Notes: generated by a model from the sequence alone, not told the origin. Shown: positions 18,586 through 28,547, numbered from the stretch's first letter. The stretch: 64,000 bases of DNA from Planctomycetota bacterium (GCA_038212275.1 JBBQUR010000003.1:128001-192000); one strand, 5' to 3'. Numbers and translations are program-made.

Positions 18586-19842
18586 ATGAGCATCAAGACC
18601 GCAAAGCGATGGCTGGCAGGCGCGTTGGCCCTCGGGCTGACTCTCGGCGCCGGCTGTGCGGGTGCGGCTTCCGCTGACGCGGCCGCGCGCGCGCAGGCCG
18701 AGGCCCGGGCGTCGCAGCACGCTGCCGCCCAGGCCGACGCGGCGCACCGCTCAGCCATCGAGGCCGAGGCGCTGGCCGACGCGCGCCGGTACATCGACGG
18801 GCCGGTCGCCTCGACGAAGGCTGCCGCAGTCGGCACGGGAGTCGTCGGCACGACCGCTGCGGATGCGACCGCTGCGGATGCGGCCGCTGCGGATGCGGAT
18901 GCTGCTGCTGCGAATGCGGATGGGGATGCTGCCGCTGCGGCCAAGGCTGACGCCGCCGTGCAGGCCAAGGTGGCGGCCAAGACGAAAGCCATGGCGGAGG
19001 AATCGCTGCGCCAGGAACAGGCCCGGCTGCAGGCAGTTGCCGTCAAGGCCGCCGCGCAGGCGGCCGCCGCCGCCGAGCAGGCGCGAGCGGAAGCTGACAA
19101 GCGCGCCGCTGCCGCCTCGACGGCTCAGGCGCAGGACGCTGCCACCGCGCCCGCCGCAACCGCAACCGCAACCGCAACCGCAGCCGCAGCAGAAGCAGCA
19201 GCAGAAGCAGCAGCAGCGAGGGCGCAGGACGTCGCGGCCGATGCCGCGACCACCACGGAGCTCGTCGTCACGGCCTCGAGCAGCGTGAGTGCTGCCGACG
19301 CCGCCGGCATCGCGGCGACTGCCGGTGCCGCCGCCGCCGTCAACCCTGCGGACTACGCGGGGCTCGTGGCGGAGATCCAGACCAGCAAGGGCACCCTGGT
19401 GCTTGCCTTCCGCACGGACAAGGCGCCGGGCCACGTGAAGAACTTCGTGGATCTCTCGCGCCGCGGCTTCTACGACGGCCTGAGCTTTCACCGCATCATC
19501 CCCGGCTACATCATCGAAGGCGGTGACCCGAAGGGCGATGGCAGCGGTGGCCCCGGCTACCAGATCAAGGCCGAGTTCAACGATCTTCCCCACGTGCGGG
19601 GCACGCTGTCGATGGCACGCGCCGGCCACCCCGACTCGGGCGGCAGCCAATTTTTCATCTGCCAGGCGGACGCCCGCGCCCTCGATGGCAAGTACACCGG
19701 CTTCGGCATGCTCGTGGCCGGCTGGGACACGCTGGACGCGATTGCCGCCGTCGGCAGCGCGGGCGGCGTGCCCACCGAGACGGTCACGATCACGAAGGTC
19801 GTCATCCGTCCCGCGCGGCCCGAAGAACAGCCCAAGCCGTAA
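18586..19842 (+). CDS. Cyclophilin-type peptidyl-prolyl isomerase lipoprotein with Ala-rich linker
   Basis: LGAGC lipobox-like; FYDGLSFHRIIPGY, GGDPKGDGSGGPGY, SMARAGHPDSGGSQFFI. Confidence 0.9.
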   Translation: MSIKTAKRWLAGALALGLTLGAGCAGAASADAAARAQAEARASQHAAAQADAAHRSAIEAEALADARRYIDGPVASTKAAAVGTGVVGTTAADATAADAAAADADAAAANADGDAAAAAKADAAVQAKVAAKTKAMAEESLRQEQARLQAVAVKAAAQAAAAAEQARAEADKRAAAASTAQAQDAATAPAATATATATAAAAEAAAEAAAARAQDVAADAATTTELVVTASSSVSAADAAGIAATAGAAAAVNPADYAGLVAEIQTSKGTLVLAFRTDKAPGHVKNFVDLSRRGFYDGLSFHRIIPGYIIEGGDPKGDGSGGPGYQIKAEFNDLPHVRGTLSMARAGHPDSGGSQFFICQADARALDGKYTGFGMLVAGWDTLDAIAAVGSAGGVPTETVTITKVVIRPARPEEQPKP

Positions 19843-19858
19843 CCAGGAACAGACACAC

Positions 19859-21007
19859 ATGACCACGTTCTCACCCGACAGCCGCGCGATCCTCCGCACC
19901 TCGATGGGCGCCATGACCATCGAGTTCCTGCCCCGGCAGGCTCCTCGCACCTGCGAGCACTTCGTGCGCCTCGTGCGCCGCGGCTACTACGACGGGCTCA
20001 TCTTTCACCGCATCATCAAGGGCTTCATGGTGCAGGGCGGTTGCCCCAAGGGCGATGGCACGGGCGGCCCCGGCCAGACCATCCGCGCGGAGTTCAACGA
20101 GACCCCGCACGTGAAGGGCGTCATCAGCATGGCGCGCGGCAATGACCCGCACAGCGCCGGCAGCCAGTTCTTCATCGTGCAGGGCGATGCCCGCTACCTC
20201 GACAGCCGCTACACCGCGTTCGCGCGCGTCGTCGATGGCCTCGACGTGCTCGATCGCATCGCGGCCGTGCCGGTGGAGGAGAACCGCTTCCGCGAACGCT
20301 CCGTGCCGCGTGAGCCGGTCTTCATCAACGGCATCGAGTTGGAAGGCATCGAGTTCGACGCCAACGACCAGCCCCAGCACGACCAGGGCCGCCAGCAGGG
20401 CCCGCCGCAACAGCAGGGGCACGGCAATGGCAACGCCGGTGGCAACAGCGGTGGCAACGCCGGTGGTGGCAGCGGTGGTGGCGGCCACGCGAGCGGCAGC
20501 AACGCAGGGGGCGGAGGTCAGCCGCGCGACCAGCGTGAACCGCGAGAGACTCGAGATGCGCGAGACACGCGAGACAGTCGCGAGCCGCGTGAGCCGCGTG
20601 AACCGCGCGAGCCGCGCGAGCCGCGCGAGAACCGGGACACCCGCGAGCCGCGCGAGAACCGCGACTCGCGCAACCCGCCGCGCGAGGTGCGCGAGGTTCG
20701 TGAGCCACGCGACGTGGGCGAGTCGGAGGACGTGCCGTCGCCGGCAGCGGCTTTCCTGGCCGAGACGCGCGGCGGCAAGCGTCGCGGTGACGCGCCGCGT
20801 GCTGCGGCGCCCGTCGAGGCGAAGGGCCACGACGACGATGATCTCGGCGACGAGCCTGCGGAGGACCGCGATGCCGGCCCGGAGACCGGCTCCGAGGCCG
20901 ACACCGAAGCAAGCGGCGACACGAGCACCCGCAAGAGCGGCGCGGCACCGGCCGCGCCCCGCAAGCCCCGCACCCGTCGCGCTCCGCGACGCAAGCCCAA
21001 GGAGTGA
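19859..21007 (+). CDS. Cyclophilin-type peptidyl-prolyl isomerase with long low-complexity C-terminal tail
   Basis: YYDGLIFHRIIKGFMVQGG, SMARGNDPHSAGSQFFI; tail with G/N/Q, (REP)n, acidic and basic blocks. Confidence 0.9.
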   Translation: MTTFSPDSRAILRTSMGAMTIEFLPRQAPRTCEHFVRLVRRGYYDGLIFHRIIKGFMVQGGCPKGDGTGGPGQTIRAEFNETPHVKGVISMARGNDPHSAGSQFFIVQGDARYLDSRYTAFARVVDGLDVLDRIAAVPVEENRFRERSVPREPVFINGIELEGIEFDANDQPQHDQGRQQGPPQQQGHGNGNAGGNSGGNAGGGSGGGGHASGSNAGGGGQPRDQREPRETRDARDTRDSREPREPREPREPREPRENRDTREPRENRDSRNPPREVREVREPRDVGESEDVPSPAAAFLAETRGGKRRGDAPRAAAPVEAKGHDDDDLGDEPAEDRDAGPETGSEADTEASGDTSTRKSGAAPAAPRKPRTRRAPRRKPKE

Positions 21008-21795
21008 AGGCCGTGGCCTACGAGAACATCATCCGGGAGGACCGCAACGGCATCGCGTTCGTGACGGTGAATCGTCCCGACAAGCTGAACGCGCTGAACA
21101 ACGCCACGGTCGGCGAGCTGCAGCACTGCTTCGAGGCGCTGGCCACGGATGATTCCGTGCAGGGCGTCATCCTCACGGGCTCCGGCACCAAGGCCTTCGT
21201 GGCGGGCGCGGACATCGGCGAGCTGGCGACGCAGTCGCCGCTGCAGGCGCGGCCGCTCGCGCTGCGCGGCCAGAAGCTGACCAACACCATCGAGGCCTGC
21301 CCCAAGCCGGTCATCGCGGCGGTGAATGGTTATGCCTTCGGCGGCGGATGCGAGCTGGCGCTTGCCTGCCACATCCGGCTCGCGTCGGACAACGCCGTGC
21401 TTGGCCTGCCCGAGGTGACGCTGGGCATCATCCCGGGTTACGGCGGCACGCAACGGCTGCCGCGCCTCATCGGCAAGGGCCGCGCGCTGGAACTCATTCT
21501 CACCGCCGCGCGCGTGGACGCCGCAGAGGCGCACCGCATCGGCCTCGTCAACAAGGTCTATCCGCAGGCCGAACTGCTCGGCGCGGCGGAAGCCATGCTG
21601 CGCAAGACGATGTCCTTCGGCCCGGTCGCGGTGAAGTTCGCGCTGGATGCCGTCGGGCACGGCGCCGACATGCCGCTGTCGGACGGCCTCAACTACGAGG
21701 CCACCTTCTTCGGCCTGCTCGCCGCGACCGACGACCAGAAAGAGGGCATGGCCGCCTTCATGCAGAAGCGCCCCGCGAAGTTCACGGGAAAGTAG
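21004..21795 (+). CDS. crt: Enoyl-CoA hydratase (crotonase)
   Basis: NRPDKLNALN, AFVAGADI, GYAFGGGCEL, GLPEVTLGIIPGYGGTQRL. Confidence 0.92.
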   Translation: MKAVAYENIIREDRNGIAFVTVNRPDKLNALNNATVGELQHCFEALATDDSVQGVILTGSGTKAFVAGADIGELATQSPLQARPLALRGQKLTNTIEACPKPVIAAVNGYAFGGGCELALACHIRLASDNAVLGLPEVTLGIIPGYGGTQRLPRLIGKGRALELILTAARVDAAEAHRIGLVNKVYPQAELLGAAEAMLRKTMSFGPVAVKFALDAVGHGADMPLSDGLNYEATFFGLLAATDDQKEGMAAFMQKRPAKFTGK

Positions 21796-21901
21796 GCCCG
21801 CGAACACACGCCCTTCGCGCTGACCCGTTCCCATTCCGGCCCGTCGCTCCGGCGAGCCGTCCACTCACTACACCACGACCTCCCGCACGGACGAACGACC
21901 G

Positions 21902-23107
21902 ATGACTTCCCACGAATACGTGATCCTCTCCGGCGCCCGCACCCCGATGGCCGAATATGTCGGCACGCCGGGCTACGGCAAGCTGGCCGGCTTCTCCGCG
22001 CTGGAACTCGCCGCCATCGCGTCGCGCGCCGCGCTCGAGCGCAGCGGCGTGAAGCCCGAGCAGGTGGATCACGTGGTCATGGGCAACGTGCTCTACACCA
22101 GCGCCGACGCGCTCTACGGCGCGCGGCATGTGGGCCTCAAGGCGGGCGTTCCGATCAGCGTGCCGGCTCTCACCGTCAACCGCCTCTGCGGCAGCGGCGT
22201 GCAGTCCGTCGTCTCCGCGTGCCAGATGCTCGCGACCGGCGACGCGACCACCGTGCTGGCCGGCGGCATGGAGAGCATGAGCCAGGCGCCGCACGTGCTG
22301 TGGAATGCGCGTGGCGGCTACCGCTTCGGACAGAAATGGGAACTGCAGGACATGCTCATGGGCAGCCTGCAGGACCCGATGTGCGGGCTCTTCATGGCGC
22401 AGACCGCCGAGAAGCTCGCCGTGAAGTACGGCATCTCGCGCGCCGCGCAGGACGAGTTCGCCTTCCGCAGCCACCAGCTCGGCGCGAAGGCCGTGAAGAG
22501 CGGCGTCTTCGCGGATGAGATCGTCAAGGTCGAGATCAGGAAGGGCGACACCGTCGTCGGCACCGTGGACACGGACGATCACATCCGCCCCGACACGACT
22601 CTCGAGGGCCTCGCGAAGCTGCGGCCGGCCTTCGGCAAGGACGGCACCGTCACCGCGGGCAATGCCTCGGGCATCGTGGATGCCGGCGCGGCGCTGCTGG
22701 TCACGACGGCGGCGCACGCGCGCGCCAACAACTGGAAGCCGCGCGCGCGCATCGTGGCCTGGGATGCGGTGGGCGTGGAGCCCAGCGAAATGGGTATCGG
22801 CCCGGCGCCGGCCATCCGCAACGTGCTGGACAAGGCCGGCATGGAGCTCGGCAAGATCGACTTCTTCGAGATCAACGAGGCCTTCGCCGCGCAGTATCTC
22901 GCGGTGGAGAAGGAGCTGGAGCTCGACCGCAACAAGGTCAACGTGAATGGCGGCGCCATCGCGATCGGGCATCCGCTCGGCGCGACGGGCACGCGCCTGC
23001 TGCTCACGCTCATGCACCAGCTCGAGCGCGCGCGCAAGAGCTACGGCATCGCCTCGGCCTGCATCGGCGGCGGCCAGGGCATCGCCATGCTCATCGAACG
23101 CCTCTGA
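21902..23107 (+). CDS. Acetyl-CoA C-acyltransferase (thiolase)
   Basis: VNRLCGSG, NEAFAAQ, GGAIAIGHPLGATG, ACIGGGQG. Confidence 0.95.
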   Translation: MTSHEYVILSGARTPMAEYVGTPGYGKLAGFSALELAAIASRAALERSGVKPEQVDHVVMGNVLYTSADALYGARHVGLKAGVPISVPALTVNRLCGSGVQSVVSACQMLATGDATTVLAGGMESMSQAPHVLWNARGGYRFGQKWELQDMLMGSLQDPMCGLFMAQTAEKLAVKYGISRAAQDEFAFRSHQLGAKAVKSGVFADEIVKVEIRKGDTVVGTVDTDDHIRPDTTLEGLAKLRPAFGKDGTVTAGNASGIVDAGAALLVTTAAHARANNWKPRARIVAWDAVGVEPSEMGIGPAPAIRNVLDKAGMELGKIDFFEINEAFAAQYLAVEKELELDRNKVNVNGGAIAIGHPLGATGTRLLLTLMHQLERARKSYGIASACIGGGQGIAMLIERL

Positions 23108-23185
23108 GTCGCGGCCTTTCGCGCCACGCACCGCGCAGAACGTTCGCCCGAGACACACGCCCCTGATTCCAGGATCGCGAGCCCG

Positions 23186-25255
23186 ATGTCCGCACCCGAC
23201 AAGCTCATCCGCCTCGATCCGCGCAAGCGGGTCCTGTTTCTCACGCGCGACCTCGACCTCATCGGCAGGCAACTGCGCGGTGAGGTGAATCTGCGCATGG
23301 AGGACCTCCGCGTGGAGGACCTCCTCGATGACATCAACACCGACGTGATGACCCCCGCGTGGGTGTGCTTCAACCACCGGCCCGAGGACATCGCGCTCAA
23401 TGCCTATGCCGGCCTCATGAAGGACGGCCAGCGCGTCTTCGGCGAGCGCGCGCTCATGGACGGCGGCTTCGAGGTCATCGTCTCGGGCTTCCGCAAGGGC
23501 ACGGGCAGTTCGCGCGAGACGGCGCCGCAGTGCGAGAAGTGGTGCGGCATCCGGCTGGTCATCGCGGCCTCTTTCGCGCCCATCCACGAGCGCAACAACA
23601 TCAACCTCGGCCAGCTCATGGGCGACCACGCGCAGCTCGTGCGCCTGCAGCGCGGCGAGGCGCTGCCGCTCGAGGAATTCACCGGCCGCTACGACCCGGT
23701 GACGCGCATGATCCTCGAGCTGGGCGGGCTGTTCCCGTTCAGCAAGGCGCTCGTCGAGGGCCGCATCTCGGTCCCGCGCCCGACGACCGCGCCGCGCCCC
23801 ATGAACATGGCGGAGAAGATCCTCTCCGCGCACCTGGTCGGCGGCCCCGGCCCCGTGCAGCCGGGCGACGTCGCCATGGCGCGCGTCGACGGCGGCTACA
23901 GCCACGAGTTCACCACGGCGCAGGTGCATCACTTCCTGCAGCAGGAATTCGGTGACGGCTACGCGCTGCCGGACGCGAGCAAGTTCGCCGTCTTCGAGGA
24001 TCACCTGCTCTACGCCGATGGCGTGAAGCGCATGGCGCCCTTCGCGGACAAGATCGCCACGCTGCGCCGCCTGCAGACCGAGTTCATGAATCACACCGGC
24101 GTGCGCGACTACCAGAGCCGCGGCGGCATCTCGCCCGGCATCTGCCACGAGGTCGCGCGGCGCGACTTCATCGACCCGGGCGACTTCGTGCAGGCCACCG
24201 ACAGTCACACCTGCATGGGCGGCGGCAACAACGCGCTGGCCTGGGGCGTGGGCGCGACGGAATACGCGGCGCTCATCGCGAGCGGCGCGACCTTCGTGCA
24301 GGTGCCGGAGAGCATCCGGTTCGAGCTGGTGGGAACGCTCGCGCCCGACGTCACCGCCAAGGACGTGATGCTGCACATCCTCGCCAACCACGCGCGCCAG
24401 GAGCTGACGCTCGACCGCGTGATGGAGTTCGGCGGTCCCGGCCTGCTGGGCATGTCATTGGACGAGCGCGCGACGCTGGCCAACATGGCCACCGAGTGCA
24501 CCGCGAAGACCGGGATCTGCGAGGGCGACGAGAAGCTGGTGGACTGGATTCTCGCGAACCGCGCGTCCGACGCCGCCAACGCGTCGAGCGGCGCGGCGGG
24601 AGATGCCGCGCGGGCCCGCACTGCCGCGGCCGGAGCCGCGCCGACGCGCGAGGCGCTGCGTGCCAAGCTCGTCGCGCCGGACAAGGGCGCGACCTACGCG
24701 GGCGGCGTGCACGTCATCGACCTCTCCACGCTGCGCCCGATGGTCGCGCACCCGGGAGACCCCGACCGCGGCATCCCGAGCGACCCGACCAACGGCGCCT
24801 TCGTCGCCGACCTCGGCGCCGTGAAGATCGACATCGCTTACGCCGGCTCCTGCACCGCCGGCAAGGTGGACGACTTCGAGATGTACGCCCGCGTGCTGAA
24901 GGACGCCGTCGACTCCGGCCGCAAGGTCGCCCCCGGTGTGCAACTCTTCATCCAGTACGGCAGCGAGGCGACCGCGAAGGTCGCGCGGGCCAAGGGCTGG
25001 GACAAGATCTTCGAGGCCGTCGGCGCGCAGATCATCAATCCGGGTTGCGGTGCGTGCATCGGGTGCGGGCCGGGCGTGTCGGACACGCGGGAGCAGGTCA
25101 CGGTGTCTGCGATCAACCGCAACTTCCAGGGCCGCAGCGGGCCGGGGAAGCTTTATCTCGCGTCGCCGTTGACCGTCGCCGCGAGTGCGATCGAGGGCCG
25201 CATCGTGAGCTACGCGCCGGGGATGTTCCGCGATCCAGTGGGGGCTGGGCGCTAG
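23186..25255 (+). CDS. Aconitase-family hydro-lyase; N-terminal LeuD-like swivel domain fused to a LeuC-like Fe-S domain
   Basis: Swivel: DDINTD, GTGSSRETAP, IAASFAPIH; catalytic: AEKILSAH, EDH, GICH, TDSHT, GSCTAG, PGCGACIG, NRNFQGR, LASP. Confidence 0.88.
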   Translation: MSAPDKLIRLDPRKRVLFLTRDLDLIGRQLRGEVNLRMEDLRVEDLLDDINTDVMTPAWVCFNHRPEDIALNAYAGLMKDGQRVFGERALMDGGFEVIVSGFRKGTGSSRETAPQCEKWCGIRLVIAASFAPIHERNNINLGQLMGDHAQLVRLQRGEALPLEEFTGRYDPVTRMILELGGLFPFSKALVEGRISVPRPTTAPRPMNMAEKILSAHLVGGPGPVQPGDVAMARVDGGYSHEFTTAQVHHFLQQEFGDGYALPDASKFAVFEDHLLYADGVKRMAPFADKIATLRRLQTEFMNHTGVRDYQSRGGISPGICHEVARRDFIDPGDFVQATDSHTCMGGGNNALAWGVGATEYAALIASGATFVQVPESIRFELVGTLAPDVTAKDVMLHILANHARQELTLDRVMEFGGPGLLGMSLDERATLANMATECTAKTGICEGDEKLVDWILANRASDAANASSGAAGDAARARTAAAGAAPTREALRAKLVAPDKGATYAGGVHVIDLSTLRPMVAHPGDPDRGIPSDPTNGAFVADLGAVKIDIAYAGSCTAGKVDDFEMYARVLKDAVDSGRKVAPGVQLFIQYGSEATAKVARAKGWDKIFEAVGAQIINPGCGACIGCGPGVSDTREQVTVSAINRNFQGRSGPGKLYLASPLTVAASAIEGRIVSYAPGMFRDPVGAGR

Positions 25256-25371
25256 GAGGGTAGATTCCCGCGGATTCCGAGGTGCATCAGTGCCCAGATC
25301 AGTGAGATGTCGTCGCTCAAACCACCGATCAGCAGTTCGATTTCACCCGGGCTGGGAAAGTCGGGATGCCG

Positions 25372-25692
25372 TCAGCTGATGTCGTGCAGCAGTCTGCCGA
25401 GATCTTCCGGGTCCCGCGCGCCATGGACGATGGACACGATCGTCACTGGTTTCGAGCGCGGCGCGTAGACGACGAGCCAGGAGAACAGCGCCCAGAATCG
25501 CAGCGATGGATCTTCGGTGAGGTCGGGCCGTCGATGTCCCAACGAAGGGCGCTCCGCAAGCAACTGAAACGCCGTGGCGAACTCCGTGAGCACGTGATCC
25601 GCCGTGGCAGCACTGGCTGCTTCCACGACGTATCCGATGATCTCGGCCAGGTCGCGCTCCGCACGTGTCGTCAGCTTGAAGTTCGGGCTCAC
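25372..25692 (-). CDS. parE: Type II toxin, RelE/ParE family
   Basis: FKLTTRAERDLAEI, LAERPSLGHRRPDL, IVSIVHGARD; overlaps the antitoxin stop. Confidence 0.9.
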   Translation of the reverse strand: MSPNFKLTTRAERDLAEIIGYVVEAASAATADHVLTEFATAFQLLAERPSLGHRRPDLTEDPSLRFWALFSWLVVYAPRSKPVTIVSIVHGARDPEDLGRLLHDIS

Positions 25693-25946
25693 GCACGCTT
25701 GCGACGACGTGCCGTCTTGATGGTGGAACGGATGCCTGCCACCGCCTTGGCTCCGTCGACGACCCGTCCGGCCTTCAGGTCTGCAAGCCCCTCGCCGATC
25801 TTGCGTCTGACTTCAGCTTTCCACTCATCGTCGTCAGACAGCAGACGCAATCCCTCCCGCACGACTTCGCTGGCGGAGCTGTAGCGGCCCGAGGCGACCT
25901 TCTTGCTGATGAAGGCTTCCAGTTCACGGGTGAGGTGGATGTTCAT
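25689..25946 (-). CDS. parD: Type II antitoxin, ParD family (RHH)
   Basis: MNIHLTRELEAFI...VASGRYSSASEVVREGLRLL. Confidence 0.92.
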   Translation of the reverse strand: MNIHLTRELEAFISKKVASGRYSSASEVVREGLRLLSDDDEWKAEVRRKIGEGLADLKAGRVVDGAKAVAGIRSTIKTARRRKRA

Positions 25947-26074
25947 GCGGGGAAGTGTAGCCACCCTGTCCGATACTGGCCAGATCGGACAGGCCGGATT
26001 CGCGCTCTGCCGTGTCGGTCACCCGGCCTCACGGGCATCGCCCCGTTTCCCACTTCGTCCTGGAGGAGTTCCCC

Positions 26075-26527
26075 ATGCCCGCTGCCACCGGCACCGTCCG
26101 CTTCCAGCGCGTGCTCCGCGCGCCGCCCGACCGCATCTACCGCGCCTTCATCGACCCGGACGCGATGGTGAAGTGGCTGCCGCCGCATGGCTTCACCGGC
26201 AAGGTGCACCAGATGGATGCGCGCGTCGGCGGCTCCTACAGGATGTCCTTCACGAACTTCAGCAATCAGCAGAGCCACTCCTTTGGCGGCACGTACCTCG
26301 AGCTGGTGCCGGGCGAGCGCATCCGGCACACGGATGTCTTCGATGACCCGAACCTGCCCGGCGAGATGCAGGTCACGATCACGCTGAAGAAGGTGCTGGT
26401 CGGAACCGAGGTGAACATCGTGCAGGAAGGCATTCCGGCGGTGATCCCGCCCGAAGCCTGCTGCCTCGGCTGGCAGGAGTCGCTGTCGCTGCTCACGCTG
26501 TTGGTCGAAGCCGAGATTCCTTCCTGA
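26075..26527 (+). CDS. SRPBCC/AHSA1-like domain protein
   Basis: RVLRAPPDRIYRAF, KWLPPHGF, HSFGGTYLELVPGE, CCLGWQESL; GGAGG RBS. Confidence 0.9.
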   Translation: MPAATGTVRFQRVLRAPPDRIYRAFIDPDAMVKWLPPHGFTGKVHQMDARVGGSYRMSFTNFSNQQSHSFGGTYLELVPGERIRHTDVFDDPNLPGEMQVTITLKKVLVGTEVNIVQEGIPAVIPPEACCLGWQESLSLLTLLVEAEIPS

Positions 26528-26575
26528 GGCACGCGCCGTTGCGGGTGCGGAGGATCTGCGGCAAGCTGGACTCGC

Positions 26576-27187
26576 GTGGGGACCAGCAGAAGATTCGCCG
26601 CACTGGCAGCGTTCGGAGCGGTTGTGGGCGCTGCCCTCTGGGTGGTGAGCGCGCTTGGCGATGGCGCTCAACCCGCTGCGACGCAACCGGGTGATCTGCT
26701 CCGCATGTCCTCGCCCTCGCCCGCAGCGGCGCCCGTCCTGTCCGAGGCGCGCACTGCAGTGCCGGAGCCGCTGGTCGTGCCGACCGCAGCAGACGCGCCG
26801 GCCGCGGGGCCGGGCTTCACGATCGAAATCTCCACGATGTGGATGCTGCCCACGGGAGCGCAGGGTCCGTCCTCCGTCGCGGCGCTCGAAGTCGGCATCA
26901 GCAACCGCTATGGCGAAACGGGCGAAGCCTTGATGCCCTTGAAGACTGCGCCGGACGGGAAGGCGCAGGTCGCATTCCCGCGGAGCCGCGTGCCAGAGGC
27001 GACGCCCGGGCAGCAGCAGTGGTTGTGGTTGCGCTCGGCAGGCGCCGGGCTGCTCACGCGCACCGCGTGGGAGCGGCTGCCCGGAGCCGACGGCGCCTAT
27101 CTTGGCGAAGCCGTGATGACCCGCCCGGACAGCAGCCCTCCCGAACTCGCGGCGCGCCTGATCGAGAACTTCCTCGACGCGCCGTGA
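26576..27187 (+). CDS. Hypothetical membrane-anchored protein (possibly a truncated remnant)
   Basis: N-terminal TM helix, Pro/Ala linker, short globular part; no family recognised. Confidence 0.5.
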   Translation: MGTSRRFAALAAFGAVVGAALWVVSALGDGAQPAATQPGDLLRMSSPSPAAAPVLSEARTAVPEPLVVPTAADAPAAGPGFTIEISTMWMLPTGAQGPSSVAALEVGISNRYGETGEALMPLKTAPDGKAQVAFPRSRVPEATPGQQQWLWLRSAGAGLLTRTAWERLPGADGAYLGEAVMTRPDSSPPELAARLIENFLDAP

Positions 27188-27250
27188 TCGAGGCGGCTCG
27201 CCGATTGGCCTGGGTTGCACCGAGCCGGCACCCGGCGGCTCGCTGGTAAA

Positions 27251-27287
27251 GAAAACTTGACTAGCAATCCCCGCTAGTCAAGCTTTC
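27251..27287. promoter_or_regulatory. Inverted repeat cttgactagc-N7-gctagtcaag containing a TTGACT -35-like box; candidate operator of the Fic gene
   Basis: Perfect 10-bp arms (27256-27265 and 27273-27282) about 85 bp upstream of the fic ATG. Confidence 0.55.
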
Positions 27288-27365
27288 GTTCCTGACGAGG
27301 GCCGCAAGGAACGCCATTGTTACTGCTTTCCCTCGTTCCGCGGCGATCCTCGGGAGGACCCGACC

Positions 27366-28547
27366 ATGAAGCGCACCACTGGTACCTACGAGCGCATCAC
27401 CGTGGGCGATGAAGAGGTTGCCTCCTTCATCCCGGCGCCGTTGCCGCCTCGAAATCCGCCGCTCGATGTCTCGGGCGCCTTGGCGGATCGGCTGCATGCC
27501 GCCGAACAGGCGCTCGGCCGCCTTGAACTCGCCGGCGCGATGGTGCCCTCGCTCGATTGGTTCATCTACGCCTTCGTCCGCAAGGAAGCCGTCATCACCT
27601 CCCAGATCGAGGGCACGCAGTCCACGCTCATGGACCTGCTGCGCTTCGAGACGGAGGACGGGGCTGCGCCAGGGGCCGATCTCGAGGAGGTCTGCAACTA
27701 CCTCGTGGCCCTGACGTGGGCGCGGAGCCGACTCTCCGACAGCAGGGGCCTGCCGCTCTCCATGCGGCTGCTCAACGAAACGCACGCACGGCTGATGCAG
27801 GGAGTGCGCGGCGCCGACAAGCATCCCGGCGAGGTGCGCCGGAGCCAGAATTGGATCAGTGGATCGCGGCCGGGAAACGCGGCCTTCGTGCCGCCACCTC
27901 CGCACGCGATTCCTGATCTGCTGGCCGAGCTCGAGAAGTCGATGCACGCGAAGCAGGGTCACCCGGCGCTCATCCGCGCAGGCCTGCTGCACGTGCAGTT
28001 CGAGACAATCCATCCATATCTCGACGGCAATGGCCGCATCGGTCGTCTGCTCATCATGCTGTTGCTCGAGCACTGGAAGCTGCTGTCACAGCCGTTGCTC
28101 TACCTCAGCCTTTTCTTCAAACGGCATCAAACCGAGTACTACCGGCGACTTGGCGCGGTACGCACCGATGGCGATTGGGAGGGTTGGTTGGACTTCTTCC
28201 TCGACGGTGTGGCAACCATTGCCAAGGAAGCTGCGACCGATGCGCGTGAACTCTTTGCACTCGTGACCCGCGACCGCGAGCGGGTCGTTGCCGCCGACGA
28301 CGCATCCGTTGGGGCCATCCGACTCTTTGAGGGCCTGCCAAAGCATCCGATTGTGAGCGTCAGCTCCGCCATGCGACTGCTTCAGACCACGAAGCCGACG
28401 GCTTCCCGCGCGATCGACGTGCTGGTCAAGGTGGGAGTCCTCGCAGAGACGACCGGGCGTCAGCGTGATCGCTGGTTCGCCTACCAGAAGTACCTGGAGC
28501 GCCTGCGGGTGGGCACGGATCGGGAGCCGCCGCGCGGAAGGCGCTGA
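27366..28547 (+). CDS. Fic family protein with C-terminal HTH-like region
   Basis: KEAVITSQIEGT; canonical Fic motif HPYLDGNGRIGR; GGAGG RBS. Confidence 0.93.
   Translation: MKRTTGTYERITVGDEEVASFIPAPLPPRNPPLDVSGALADRLHAAEQALGRLELAGAMVPSLDWFIYAFVRKEAVITSQIEGTQSTLMDLLRFETEDGAAPGADLEEVCNYLVALTWARSRLSDSRGLPLSMRLLNETHARLMQGVRGADKHPGEVRRSQNWISGSRPGNAAFVPPPPHAIPDLLAELEKSMHAKQGHPALIRAGLLHVQFETIHPYLDGNGRIGRLLIMLLLEHWKLLSQPLLYLSLFFKRHQTEYYRRLGAVRTDGDWEGWLDFFLDGVATIAKEAATDARELFALVTRDRERVVAADDASVGAIRLFEGLPKHPIVSVSSAMRLLQTTKPTASRAIDVLVKVGVLAETTGRQRDRWFAYQKYLERLRVGTDREPPRGRR

Noticed and set aside
25252..25371. About 39 open codons continuing in frame after the parE stop (RHPDFPSPGEIELLIGG...)
   Set aside because: ParE is already complete; no start, RBS or recognisable motif, so probably chance or an unidentifiable remnant rather than readthrough
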